The notes: generated by a model from the sequence alone, not told the origin. Counted from the first letter of the stretch, positions 10,510 to 20,019 are shown. The stretch is DNA of 64,000 nt from Lacibacter sp. (GCA_046593655.1 JBKJNM010000089.1:3375-67374); one strand, 5' to 3'. A program made the numbers and translations.

Positions 10510-13343
10510 CAGAATGGTATGCGTCTGTCAAATTTCTTCAGGCTCAGGTTTTGAATATCGATACTAAATGCAATATTTTTCAGGAAACGTTTTTCAGTAA
10601 TGGTAGATTCAAAGTAATCTTTGTATACTTTGCTGTAGAGAATGGGGATGTAAACATGAATTGTATTTTTCAGGAAAGAGAACTGTAATCCTGCATCATA
10701 CAAAACCTTACTTCCACTGGCATTTGCTTTCCATGCATCAGCATAAGTACCAATATCAATAAATACTTTCAATGGAATTTTAAAAGGAAGAACATTGAGG
10801 ATATTGATCTGGTCAGGAATATCACTTACGAAATTCATTGCTACTAACCAATCATCTGTTTTGCCAATCTTATCTGCCAACAAATCGGTACGCACTTTAA
10901 AGCCACCATCTCTCATCATGATCTGCTGGCTGGCAAATCCTTCATACTCATTTCTACCTGCAAAATAATTACTATAAGTATAGTCTTCATATCCCTTTGG
11001 TCCGGTCATATTGAAATGATAAGCATCATTCATGAATTGTTTGCTGATTGTTTTATTTCCAAGATAGAAAAACTTGCCAGCAAAGAACCTGATATCAGCA
11101 CCTGACTTTTCATTGAAATTGAAATAATAATTTCCTGTAAATGCTAACCGAACAAAATCTTTAGCTTGTTCTACTTGCAGCTCTGCACGGTAAGGGTACA
11201 AAACCCTTGTATCCTGTGTTACAAAACGAAGCTGATTCAGATAACGGTTTGTTTGTATGGTTGTAATTTCTGTAAAACGGTTGCCGTTTGGAAAGGTATC
11301 AGTTCTGAAACGCAGCTTATCTTCATACAACAAAAAAGTTTTCCATTGAATAAACCGTTCTCTTGTACTTCGTGCGTTTTGTTCATTGAAAACAAACTTC
11401 AATGTTGGCGACAGTTTTCTGAAACCAGTTATATATTTTGTATCAGCAGAATCAAGGAAGTCGTCGGTACTGAACTTTAAGGCATTGAGTGCAAGGGTAA
11501 TCCGCTGAAATGTTTTCTGCGGATAAAAGGTATAACTCAACCTGGCAATACCATTCAGTTGTTTGCTGCTGGTGCCATACATCGGCGCAATAATATATTG
11601 AAAACGGGTGGATGGAAGGGTATGATTGTTAACAGCGGCGCCAATCATGAACCCATCATACTTGTTCAATCCTATAACAGGCGAAAGCATGATCACATTG
11701 GTTGTTGCACTGTTTTGTGCAACAAAGGGAACGATCTTTATTTTTTTCTTTGGCTCCGGTTGTAAAGGACCTTTCTTGTTAAGCAATGCAAATAGTTCAT
11801 CAAGAATTTTGCCGGTTGATTGTTCTAATGAAGTTTTCAGATCAACAGGGTAGGGGTGTTTCAATTTCCATTGCTGAAAATAAGTTTGCATGGCTGCATC
11901 AAATGCTGAAGTTCCAAGTTGCTGCTCCAGCAGTTGCATAAAATCGGCCCCTTTGGTATAAGCAATTAAATAATAATTAGTCTCCGTTAAACTATCACTG
12001 GGTGTATTCAGAGGTTGATCTTTTTTCCAGCGTTCAAAACTTTGCAGGAAAAGATGAGCATCAAAATTCAAATCAAATAGTTTTTTCTTTTTAACTGGTT
12101 GCTGATACCGGCTCACTTCTTTATCAAAACGGTTATCATAGTAAGAATTGATGCCTTCATCCATCCAGGGAAAACGTTGTTCATTATTGGCCAGCATGCC
12201 CTGGAACCAGTTGTGACCAACTTCATGTTCAATTACACTCTCCAGTTCTTTTTCTGTGTCCATTGGCGTAATGGCTGTAATGCATGGGTACTCCATCCCA
12301 CCTTCAAAACCCATCTTTGCTTCAACTGCTGCAACCGTATTGTAAGAATAGCTTCCAATGACATTACTTCTGAACCGCACAGCATCCTTGATCATTTGTA
12401 CACTGTTCTTCCACACTTTTTTTCCTTCAGCTGAGTATGCACTGTAAACATCAACAATATGATCAGTACTTAACAGCATTGTATCATGTTGCACAATGTA
12501 TTTCTTATCAGCAAACCATGCAAAATCATGCACATTGGTTTGTTTATATAAAAGTGTTTTTGTTTCTTCCTGTACCTTATTTATAACACGCTTTTTTGTT
12601 TGTGTTTTGTTTTTTTGGTTTTGGATTTTCTTTGGTTCATGATTTGGATTATAACTTGCAGCTCTTTCCTTTAACCAATTTTTTTCTTCTTCATTTTGTA
12701 AATCACCAGTGCTGAGTACAACATAACTTTTAGGCACCGTTACCTTTACTTCATAGTTGCCAAACTCATTGTAAAACTCTCCCTGTTCTAAATAGGGCAT
12801 CGGGTGCCACCCATTCTTGTCATATACCGCAGGTTTTGGATACCACTGTGTAATTTGATATGACTGACCAGTGTGGCCACCTCTTGAAAAATTCTTTGGC
12901 AACTGCACATGAAAGGGAGTTGTTATTTCAATTGTAGCGCCAGGGGCCAAAGGCTGTGGTAACAGCACTTTAATGATATCGATATGCTGTGGATGATCTT
13001 CTGTTTTAGCAAGCGTTGAGTTTACACGAAAATCCAAACGGTTGATATAACCACGATCTTCTTTATTGGAAAAGTAAAAATCAGTGCGCCCGTTTTCTAA
13101 TAGCTGGTCACTGAAGGCTGTCTTATCTGTTCGGTATGCATTGGGCCATAAGTGAAACCAGATAAAGGTTAATGAGTCAGGTGAATGATTCGTGTACTCT
13201 ATTTTTTCAAACCCATCCAGGCTGTGTTCTGTATCATTGAGTGTAACAACTATTTTATAATTCACCTGCTGCTGCCAGTAAGCCTGCTGTGCAACAGCTA
13301 CAGATGAAATACATAATATGAAGAGGATCGTAAAATATTTCAC
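10509..13343 (-). CDS. Secreted M1 family zinc aminopeptidase with about 400-aa C-terminal extension
   Basis: Signal peptide; GGMEYP, HEVGHNWF (HEXXH) and WMDEG; C-terminal region has alternating beta-strand pattern and ends in Phe. Confidence 0.88.
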   Translation of the reverse strand: MKYFTILFILCISSVAVAQQAYWQQQVNYKIVVTLNDTEHSLDGFEKIEYTNHSPDSLTFIWFHLWPNAYRTDKTAFSDQLLENGRTDFYFSNKEDRGYINRLDFRVNSTLAKTEDHPQHIDIIKVLLPQPLAPGATIEITTPFHVQLPKNFSRGGHTGQSYQITQWYPKPAVYDKNGWHPMPYLEQGEFYNEFGNYEVKVTVPKSYVVLSTGDLQNEEEKNWLKERAASYNPNHEPKKIQNQKNKTQTKKRVINKVQEETKTLLYKQTNVHDFAWFADKKYIVQHDTMLLSTDHIVDVYSAYSAEGKKVWKNSVQMIKDAVRFRSNVIGSYSYNTVAAVEAKMGFEGGMEYPCITAITPMDTEKELESVIEHEVGHNWFQGMLANNEQRFPWMDEGINSYYDNRFDKEVSRYQQPVKKKKLFDLNFDAHLFLQSFERWKKDQPLNTPSDSLTETNYYLIAYTKGADFMQLLEQQLGTSAFDAAMQTYFQQWKLKHPYPVDLKTSLEQSTGKILDELFALLNKKGPLQPEPKKKIKIVPFVAQNSATTNVIMLSPVIGLNKYDGFMIGAAVNNHTLPSTRFQYIIAPMYGTSSKQLNGIARLSYTFYPQKTFQRITLALNALKFSTDDFLDSADTKYITGFRKLSPTLKFVFNEQNARSTRERFIQWKTFLLYEDKLRFRTDTFPNGNRFTEITTIQTNRYLNQLRFVTQDTRVLYPYRAELQVEQAKDFVRLAFTGNYYFNFNEKSGADIRFFAGKFFYLGNKTISKQFMNDAYHFNMTGPKGYEDYTYSNYFAGRNEYEGFASQQIMMRDGGFKVRTDLLADKIGKTDDWLVAMNFVSDIPDQINILNVLPFKIPLKVFIDIGTYADAWKANASGSKVLYDAGLQFSFLKNTIHVYIPILYSKVYKDYFESTITEKRFLKNIAFSIDIQNLSLKKFDRRIPF

Positions 13344-13385
13344 TCAATTGGTTTTATCAAAAATAATATGTTATTTCGGTTACTC

Positions 13386-14957
13386 CTATAATTTCCCTTT
13401 ACGTTTTAATAAGTCGAAGAATTCAACTAATTGCTTGCCACTTGTTTCTTCCAATATGTTTTTAAAATCTTCCGGATATGGATGGCGGAATTTCCATTTG
13501 TTGTAATACGCTTGCATAGCTTCATCAAATTTTTCTCTGCCCAGGCTTTGTTCAAGTAAATAAGCCCATATAGCTGTTTTCAGATAAATCACCATGCCAT
13601 AAGTATCCTTGTTACTGAATTTTTCAGAGGCTGTTTCAATTGGTTCTTCCATTGGAATTTCATTCAGTGCATTATAAATGATACCAAGAAATTCTGCAGG
13701 TCCTTTTTGTTTCAAGTCAGCAGGTAAAGTAGTGCCGAACACAGAATTGCTTCTATACTTCTCTGCTTCATAACGGAACTGGTAATATGTATTCAGCCCT
13801 TCATCCATCCATGCATGATCTCTTTCATTGCTGCCGAGGATGCCATAAAACCAATTATGTCCTACTTCATGTGTAATAACGGCATCCAATGTTTCAGCAT
13901 TCGCATCCGGACTTGTTATCAATGTAACCATTGGATATTCCATACCTCCACTTGAAACATTGCCCGGTCCTTCTACTGCATTTACAACAGGATATGGATA
14001 CTCACCAATCCATTTGGAGTAGTTTCTAACTGCATCTTCAACAAAATCAACGCTCTTGCTCCATTGTGTGTTGTCTTTGCCGGAGAAAAAAGTAAACGCA
14101 TCAATGACTTTGCCTGATGTTAATTGTAATGTATCATACTGAATAATAAAATCATTATCAGCAAACCATGCAAAGTCATGTACATTTTCTGCTTTGTATT
14201 GCAATGTTTTTGTAGTTGCGGAAGGATTGGTTTGATAGGGAATAAAATTCTCTTTAAGTTTCTTATTCAATGCACCGCTTTCTTTATATTTTTTCAGTTC
14301 ATCTGCATTTTGTAAGCTTCCTGTTGCCGCAACAACATAATTTGATGGAACAGTAATGTTTACAGTAAACGTTCCAAACTCACTGTAATATTCGCCCATG
14401 TTCAAATAGGGCATCGGATGCCAGCCATTCTTATCATACACTGCCGGTTTCGGATACCATTGACAAACCGCAAATGCGTCATCTATAAAACCGCTTCTTG
14501 AAAAATAAGTTGGAAATTTCACATGAAAAGGAGTGCTGATGTTTATTTTGCCGCCCGGCAGTAAAGGTTTAGGAAGAAGCAATTTTACAATATCAATATT
14601 CTCCTTGTCTTCTTCCACCATGATGGCCACGTTATTAATTTTAAAAGCAAGACTGTCAATATATCCCTTTACTGATTTTTTAAATTTGCTCAACCCTTCT
14701 TTGTCGCCCTTTTTATATTGTTCAAACAAAGCAGTCTTTTCATTTTTATAAGCATTGGGCCAGAGATGAAACCAGATATAAGTTAAAGTATCAGGTGAAT
14801 GATTGATGTATTCCATTTCTTCAAATGCTTTGATAGATTTTTCATTGCTGTTCAGAGTTACATCAATCTTGTAATGTACTTCCTGCTGCCAGTAATTCTG
14901 CTGAGCTGATAAATTAAAACAGAGCATCAATGAGGATACGAGAATTGTTAATTTCAT
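13386..14957 (-). CDS. Secreted M1 family zinc aminopeptidase (catalytic module only)
   Basis: Likely start MKLTILV at 14957 (signal peptide ending SAQ); GGMEYP, HEVGHNWF, WMDEG. Confidence 0.9.
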   Translation of the reverse strand: MKLTILVSSLMLCFNLSAQQNYWQQEVHYKIDVTLNSNEKSIKAFEEMEYINHSPDTLTYIWFHLWPNAYKNEKTALFEQYKKGDKEGLSKFKKSVKGYIDSLAFKINNVAIMVEEDKENIDIVKLLLPKPLLPGGKINISTPFHVKFPTYFSRSGFIDDAFAVCQWYPKPAVYDKNGWHPMPYLNMGEYYSEFGTFTVNITVPSNYVVAATGSLQNADELKKYKESGALNKKLKENFIPYQTNPSATTKTLQYKAENVHDFAWFADNDFIIQYDTLQLTSGKVIDAFTFFSGKDNTQWSKSVDFVEDAVRNYSKWIGEYPYPVVNAVEGPGNVSSGGMEYPMVTLITSPDANAETLDAVITHEVGHNWFYGILGSNERDHAWMDEGLNTYYQFRYEAEKYRSNSVFGTTLPADLKQKGPAEFLGIIYNALNEIPMEEPIETASEKFSNKDTYGMVIYLKTAIWAYLLEQSLGREKFDEAMQAYYNKWKFRHPYPEDFKNILEETSGKQLVEFFDLLKRKGKL

Positions 14958-14973
14958 TCGATATAATTTATTA

Positions 14974-14981
14974 CAAATGTA
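14974..14981 (-). promoter_or_regulatory. -7 element upstream of the M1 peptidase pair
   Basis: TACATTTG on the minus strand, 16 nt before the ATG at 14957. Confidence 0.6.
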
Positions 14982-15001
14982 AGCCTGAGCAAATTGAGCG
15001 A

Positions 15002-16417
15002 TCATCTTCCTTTACCAAGAAAGATCAAACGGATGGTATGAATGATGATCTTAATATCAAGGGCCAAAGAAATATTTTCAATATAAACCAAATCGTACTT
15101 GCTGCGTTCAACCATTTCATCCACATTCTCTGCATAACCAAATTTTACCATTCCCCAGGAAGTAAGGCCTGGTTTTACTTTCAGCAAATAATGATAGTAA
15201 GGGGCTTTCTCAACTATCTGGTCAATATAATAACGCCGTTCAGGCCTTGGGCCAACTAAACTCATTTCTCCTTTTAAAATATTCCAGAACTGTGGAAGTT
15301 CATCCAGCCTCCATTTACGCATTGTTTTGCCCCATGAAGTAATACGCTGATCTGTTTCAGATGATAATAAAGGTCCGTTTGTTTCAGCATTGATGATCAT
15401 TGAACGAAACTTATGGATCATGAATTTTTTCCCTTTCATTCCAATTCTTTCCTGAGAATAGAAAACAGGACCTTTTGTTGAAAGCCTTGTCTTCATTGCA
15501 ACAATTATAAGCAGGGGAAAAAGAATGATTAAACAAAGTAGTGAAATCAGGATATCAATCAGGCGTTTTACATTCTGCTGCCATTCACTCATCATGCCGG
15601 TATGCAATTCTATCAATAATGCGCCTAATACATTGCTGGTTCTTACCGAGCCTGAAAGAATATCAATTGCATTTGGTAGTAATTTAATGCTCACATCATG
15701 TTCACTCAACAGGCTCAACGATTGTTCCATTGATTGCCTTTCTTTTTCTTCCGTAGCAATGATCACCTGCTCTATTTTCTTTTCCTGAATAACTTTGGAG
15801 AGATCTTTTAAAGACCCTAGTGGAGGAAGAAATTTGCTGAGGCCATTGGAAGATGCCCCATCGGGATATAAAAAACCGGCAAAGTGAAAGCCCAGTGTTT
15901 CACTGGAACCTTTAATGTCTTTATACAATTTAATGGCGTTACTGTTTGCTCCAATGATGAGTGTATTGATTTGTACTTTTCCATTTAAGAACTGACGTTT
16001 AATGATATTAAGGATCACCCATCGAAACAACCAGGTGAAACCAAACTGCAATCCGAACAGGAGCAAACTTTCTTTATAATAAAAAGTATAAGAAACAATT
16101 TTATCGTCGAGCAGGATGGCGAAGAAAATAATCAGGCACCCAAGCATACAACTGAAAAACGTAATGGTTAACTCCTGCAGCCTCGATTTGCTGTAAAGAT
16201 TTTTATAGCTGCCGAACAAATGATAAAGAATGAGCCAGCAAAACGGGATCAATAAAATACCGTAAAGAAAAGTAGCATCAAGTGGTTGTGAAAGAAGGCT
16301 GGCAGCTTCGCCCAGCAAAACTCTGCGCATCAGGTAAAATAAACCCCATGCAAGGATGGCTCCCAGCCAGTCAGCAAAAACATACCATCCAATTTGTATG
16401 CGGGAAGATGAAATCAT
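15002..16417 (-). CDS. Polyprenyl-phosphate glycosylphosphotransferase (WcaJ/WbaP-like priming sugar transferase)
   Basis: N-terminal TM helices, CoA-binding-like middle region, C-terminal KFRSM, RLDELPQFWNILKGEMSLVGPRPER, KPGLTSWG. Confidence 0.92.
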   Translation of the reverse strand: MISSSRIQIGWYVFADWLGAILAWGLFYLMRRVLLGEAASLLSQPLDATFLYGILLIPFCWLILYHLFGSYKNLYSKSRLQELTITFFSCMLGCLIIFFAILLDDKIVSYTFYYKESLLLFGLQFGFTWLFRWVILNIIKRQFLNGKVQINTLIIGANSNAIKLYKDIKGSSETLGFHFAGFLYPDGASSNGLSKFLPPLGSLKDLSKVIQEKKIEQVIIATEEKERQSMEQSLSLLSEHDVSIKLLPNAIDILSGSVRTSNVLGALLIELHTGMMSEWQQNVKRLIDILISLLCLIILFPLLIIVAMKTRLSTKGPVFYSQERIGMKGKKFMIHKFRSMIINAETNGPLLSSETDQRITSWGKTMRKWRLDELPQFWNILKGEMSLVGPRPERRYYIDQIVEKAPYYHYLLKVKPGLTSWGMVKFGYAENVDEMVERSKYDLVYIENISLALDIKIIIHTIRLIFLGKGR

Positions 16418-16421
16418 GTGG

Positions 16422-17393
16422 TTAAACTACAGTGGTTCGCTGAATTTTCTGAAGGATCTGGTGAGCAACATCCATGGCACGTAACCCATCAACTTCAGAT
16501 ACAGGTACAGGTTTGTTTTGAAGTATGGCATCTCTGAAATGTTCCAGTTCCATTTTAATGGCATTGCCTTCGGTAACGGGAGGGTTTGAAATAGCAATCG
16601 TTTTTTTTCCATCATTGGTTTCAATGTCAAACGTAAACGCTTCAGTATCGCCGGGTGCATTCATTTTAATGATTTCCGATTTTTTCTCTAAGAAATCAAT
16701 GCCAATATAAGCATCTCTCTGGAACAACCTGATCTTTCGCATCTTTTTCATACTAATGCGGCTGCTGGTAAGGTTGGCTACACAGCCATTGTCAAATTCA
16801 ATACGAACGTTGGCAATATCCGGCGTATCAGTCATTACAGCTACTCCGTTGGCGTACACATTTTTTACATCACTTTTTACAATGCTTAAAATTATATCAA
16901 TGTCATGGATCATGAGATCAAGTATCACACTTACTTCAGTACCACGGGGATTAAACTGTGATAAGCGATGTACTTCAATAAACATTGGATTTAATTGCAA
17001 GTCTCTCACTGCTAAAAAAGCAGGATTAAATCGTTCTACATGGCCCACCTGAAATTTGATGCCGGCTTCTTTTACCAGTTTCACCAATTCATTGGCTTCA
17101 TCCATTGTATGGCACATAGGTTTTTCAACAAATACATGTTTACCCATTCGTACAGCCATTTTACAAAGCTGAAAATGATGAGTAGTGGGTGCAACAATAT
17201 CAGCAGCATCACACAGGGCCATCAATTCTTCCGGGTTGATAAAGCGTTTCAATTGATATTTATCAGCAACCGTTTTTGCAGTTCTGTCGCTGGGATCGTA
17301 AAACCCAATGACTTCAACAGCTTGTATTTCTTTCCAATTGTTGAGATGAAACTTTCCAAGATGGCCCGTACCAAACACAGCTATTTTTAGCAT
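16422..17393 (-). CDS. Gfo/Idh/MocA oxidoreductase, GnnA-like
   Basis: GTGHLG Rossmann motif, KHVFVEKP, VGHVERFNPA, DLMIHDID. Confidence 0.88.
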   Translation of the reverse strand: MLKIAVFGTGHLGKFHLNNWKEIQAVEVIGFYDPSDRTAKTVADKYQLKRFINPEELMALCDAADIVAPTTHHFQLCKMAVRMGKHVFVEKPMCHTMDEANELVKLVKEAGIKFQVGHVERFNPAFLAVRDLQLNPMFIEVHRLSQFNPRGTEVSVILDLMIHDIDIILSIVKSDVKNVYANGVAVMTDTPDIANVRIEFDNGCVANLTSSRISMKKMRKIRLFQRDAYIGIDFLEKKSEIIKMNAPGDTEAFTFDIETNDGKKTIAISNPPVTEGNAIKMELEHFRDAILQNKPVPVSEVDGLRAMDVAHQILQKIQRTTVV

Positions 17394-17414
17394 TCAGTTT
17401 TGATTGAGTGGAGG

Positions 17415-17422
17415 CAAATATA
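17415..17422 (-). promoter_or_regulatory. -7 element of the oxidoreductase / sugar transferase unit
   Basis: TATATTTG on the minus strand, 21 nt before the ATG at 17393. Confidence 0.65.
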
Positions 17423-17505
17423 ACTAAGCTTTGCATGGGGCTGCGAATTGAAGCTGATTTGAATAAAATGAGTAAAAACATTTTTTACGAAATACTCAAA
17501 ACCCT

Positions 17506-17513
17506 TATCTTTG
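17506..17513 (+). promoter_or_regulatory. -7 element of tRNA-Asp
   Basis: TATCTTTG about 60 nt upstream of the tRNA. Confidence 0.65.
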
Positions 17514-17572
17514 CCGTCCCAAAAATGAGTGATAATCAGCTTCTTGATTTATTGCGAATGACTTGGGTAGTT

Positions 17573-17646
17573 GGATCGGTAGTTCAGTTGGTTAGAATGC
17601 CGCCCTGTCACGGCGGAGGTCGCGGGTTCGAGTCCCGTCCGGTCCG
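17573..17646 (+). tRNA. tRNA-Asp (anticodon GTC), CCA not encoded
   Basis: Acceptor GGATCGG/CCGGTCC, D arm AGTTCAGTTGGTTAGAA, anticodon arm CCGCC-CTGTCAC-GGCGG, T loop GGTTCGAGTCC, discriminator G. Confidence 0.98.
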
Positions 17647-17647
17647 C

Positions 17648-17676
17648 AAAAGCTCTGAAGAAATTCAGGGCTTTTT
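17648..17676. terminator. Bidirectional intrinsic terminator after tRNA-Asp
   Basis: AAAAGCTCTGAA-GAAA-TTCAGGGCTTTTT. Confidence 0.8.
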
Positions 17677-17708
17677 GCATTTATATGGGTTGATCCTATT
17701 TGCCAGCT

Positions 17709-19550
17709 TCAAAACTTCAACACAGTTAATTTGCCGTCCATTGTTGATACAACAAGTGTATGCTCATCAACAACATTCACTGTATTCACCATTGAGTTGT
17801 CAATTTTATGCTTCCAAATCAATTTTTTAGTTGAGGGATTTATGCAATAAACTACCCCATTCTTTGTTCCAAAGAAAAGCAAGCCCTGTTTTTCAATCAA
17901 CATGGAAGGAACATGTTCGTAACCGAAACCGGTATGAATTTTAAACGCCGCTGTTTGTTTTTCCCTGCTACTATTATATACAATCACTGTATCCTGCATA
18001 CTTTTCCCATAAATCCATTTCCCATCCTCTGATATGCCAATGGATTCACGAACGCCGCCATCATTATTCCGCCATAATGTTATTCCGGTATTTGCATCAA
18101 TGGCTGAAATATAACGATCCGGCGCTACTATATAAACGACTCCATCAGAGGCAACAGGAATACAGGAAGCAGGAGAATAATTAATGATTGCAGAACCATT
18201 GTTCCATTTCCAACTCAATTGACCTGTATTACTATTTAAGGCATACAAATTCCTATCCCATGCCCCGAAGATGAGTTTGCCGTTATACAGCAAAGGCTTA
18301 CTTACAACAGGGCCACTAAGCCCAGAAAATTTCCAGATGGTATTTCCAGTTTTAAGGTTGAGAGCAATAAATGAATGATCGCTGCCTCCAATAAAAACAG
18401 TATCGTCATGTATCAATGCTGAACCTAATACTGCAGCTCCTGTCTCTTTCTTCCATTTGAGTTTGCCATTCTTTATATTCAAACAATAAATACTTCCATC
18501 ACCCGATCCCACAATTACCTTTTGATCACCAACAGCAGGCGATGAAAAAACGGCGCCCTTTGTAGCGTAAATCCATTTTTGTTTCCCGTCTTTCAAACTA
18601 AAGCAGGAAATTTTTCCATTTTGGTTTCCAACTATTACATCATCACCCCTAACTGCAGGTGTGGAAATAATATTTGCTTCTGAAGAAAAAGTCCATACTT
18701 CTTTTACCTCTTTGTATTGTTCATTCATACTGTAATCAGGACGAGGAAATTTTTTCTGCTGATCAAATTTTCTTGTTTCAATTTTTAATCCGGTCCATTT
18801 TTTAAAAATTTCAACTCCCGGTTTCTTTTCAGCAAAAAGCATGGAATCATTCCTTACTTCAACAATGTTATATCCGCCAATGGTAGCTTTAGCCCTGAGG
18901 TTGGAGCGACCCATCACTGCAGGAATATCTTCAAAGTTCATAGCCCTGTTATTATGTCCATGACCGCAAAGAACTGCCCATGTATTGTATTGACGTAAGC
19001 GATCTGTTATTTCATACCAATTATCTAACCCATTATCAAGTGGGTAATGATTGAGAAAGATCACAGGTTGATCAGGCTTTAATGTTTTCAATTCTTTCTC
19101 CAGCCAGTTCACCGCTTCACGGGGCACATGTCCATCACTCATGCGAACATAGGGGCCCGAAGCACAGCCAAGAAAACGAATGCCATTGAATTCGAAACTG
19201 AATTTATCATAGCCAAATACAGTGCTGAACATAACCCCACCGCTTTCGCTCCAGCCGGTATCATGATTTCCGGGAAGGATGTAATAAGGAATTTTTAAAC
19301 TATCCAGAATCTGTTTTGCTAATTTTAATTCTTCATTAGTGCCGAGCTCTGTAATGTCGCCGGTGAGCACAACAAAAGCAACATCATTCATATCATTGAT
19401 ATCCCTAATGGTACGACGAAGATCTTCTTCAGCACCCCCGTTTGGTGAACCAATATGTGTATCAGATATAAAAGCAAAGCGAAAGGGTTTAATCTGCCCC
19501 TCAACAGCCGTGGCAAAAACAATCACGAAAAAGAACAGCAACTTCTTCAT
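17709..19550 (-). CDS. Secreted calcineurin-like metallophosphoesterase fused to a PQQ-type beta-propeller
   Basis: Likely start MKKLLFF at 19550; SDTHIG, GDITE, PGNHD, CGHGH; C-terminal repeats such as KQKWIY, KLKWKK, NTIWKF, QLSWKW. Confidence 0.85.
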   Translation of the reverse strand: MKKLLFFFVIVFATAVEGQIKPFRFAFISDTHIGSPNGGAEEDLRRTIRDINDMNDVAFVVLTGDITELGTNEELKLAKQILDSLKIPYYILPGNHDTGWSESGGVMFSTVFGYDKFSFEFNGIRFLGCASGPYVRMSDGHVPREAVNWLEKELKTLKPDQPVIFLNHYPLDNGLDNWYEITDRLRQYNTWAVLCGHGHNNRAMNFEDIPAVMGRSNLRAKATIGGYNIVEVRNDSMLFAEKKPGVEIFKKWTGLKIETRKFDQQKKFPRPDYSMNEQYKEVKEVWTFSSEANIISTPAVRGDDVIVGNQNGKISCFSLKDGKQKWIYATKGAVFSSPAVGDQKVIVGSGDGSIYCLNIKNGKLKWKKETGAAVLGSALIHDDTVFIGGSDHSFIALNLKTGNTIWKFSGLSGPVVSKPLLYNGKLIFGAWDRNLYALNSNTGQLSWKWNNGSAIINYSPASCIPVASDGVVYIVAPDRYISAIDANTGITLWRNNDGGVRESIGISEDGKWIYGKSMQDTVIVYNSSREKQTAAFKIHTGFGYEHVPSMLIEKQGLLFFGTKNGVVYCINPSTKKLIWKHKIDNSMVNTVNVVDEHTLVVSTMDGKLTVLKF

Positions 19551-19640
19551 AGGGCAATTTAGGTATTCCTTATTCTTTTTATGATAGAAATGCAATTGTT
19601 TGATTAGTGGATTCCCCCACTGATTACCGGAAGGGGGTTG

Positions 19641-19648
19641 TATATTTG
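19641..19648 (+). promoter_or_regulatory. -7 element of the DUF3467 gene
   Basis: TATATTTG 17 nt before the ATG at 19666. Confidence 0.65.
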
Positions 19649-19665
19649 CCCCTCAATTATTTTTT

Positions 19666-19983
19666 ATGGACGAACAGCAACAAGCAAACCCTAACCAGCT
19701 TAATATTGAAATTACAGAAGAAGTAGCTGAAGGTGAATATGCCAATCTCGCTATTATTACGCACAGCCATGCAGAATTTGTGATTGATTTTGTGAATGTA
19801 ATGCCCGGCACCCCCAAGAGCAAAGTAAAATCAAGGATCATTTTTACACCACAACACGCCAAGCGTTTTATGAAAGCGTTGACTGAAAATATTCAACGCT
19901 TTGAACAGGCGAATGGATCTATCCGTGACCTGGAAGAAATGCAGATACCTCTCAATTTTGGCGGACCAACGGCGCAGGCTTAA
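19666..19983 (+). CDS. DUF3467 family protein
   Basis: QLNIEITEEVAEGEYANLAIITHSHAEFVIDF...KVKSRIIFTPQHAKRFMKAL. Confidence 0.85.
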   Translation: MDEQQQANPNQLNIEITEEVAEGEYANLAIITHSHAEFVIDFVNVMPGTPKSKVKSRIIFTPQHAKRFMKALTENIQRFEQANGSIRDLEEMQIPLNFGGPTAQA

Positions 19984-19984
19984 A

Positions 19985-20019
19985 TAAGTTGTAAGTGTTA
20001 AGTTGTAGGTTATAAGTGA
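19985..20019. repeat. Period-7 array (5 units)
   Basis: taagttg taagtgt taagttg taggtta taagtga. Confidence 0.8.

Noticed and set aside
15002-15005. Apparent ATGA overlap coupling the sugar transferase to the first M1 peptidase (five-gene coupled operon)
   Set aside because: The signal peptide starts at Met 14957 and a -7 box sits at 14981-14974, so the longer start is probably an artefact.
17573-17710. tRNA-Asp as an integration site for a genomic island
   Set aside because: No integrase, no duplicated tRNA 3-prime end seen, and flanking genes look native.
17408-17830. 140-aa plus-strand ORF in the ORF track
   Set aside because: It runs straight through tRNA-Asp, its promoter and its terminator and overlaps the 17709 gene; spurious.
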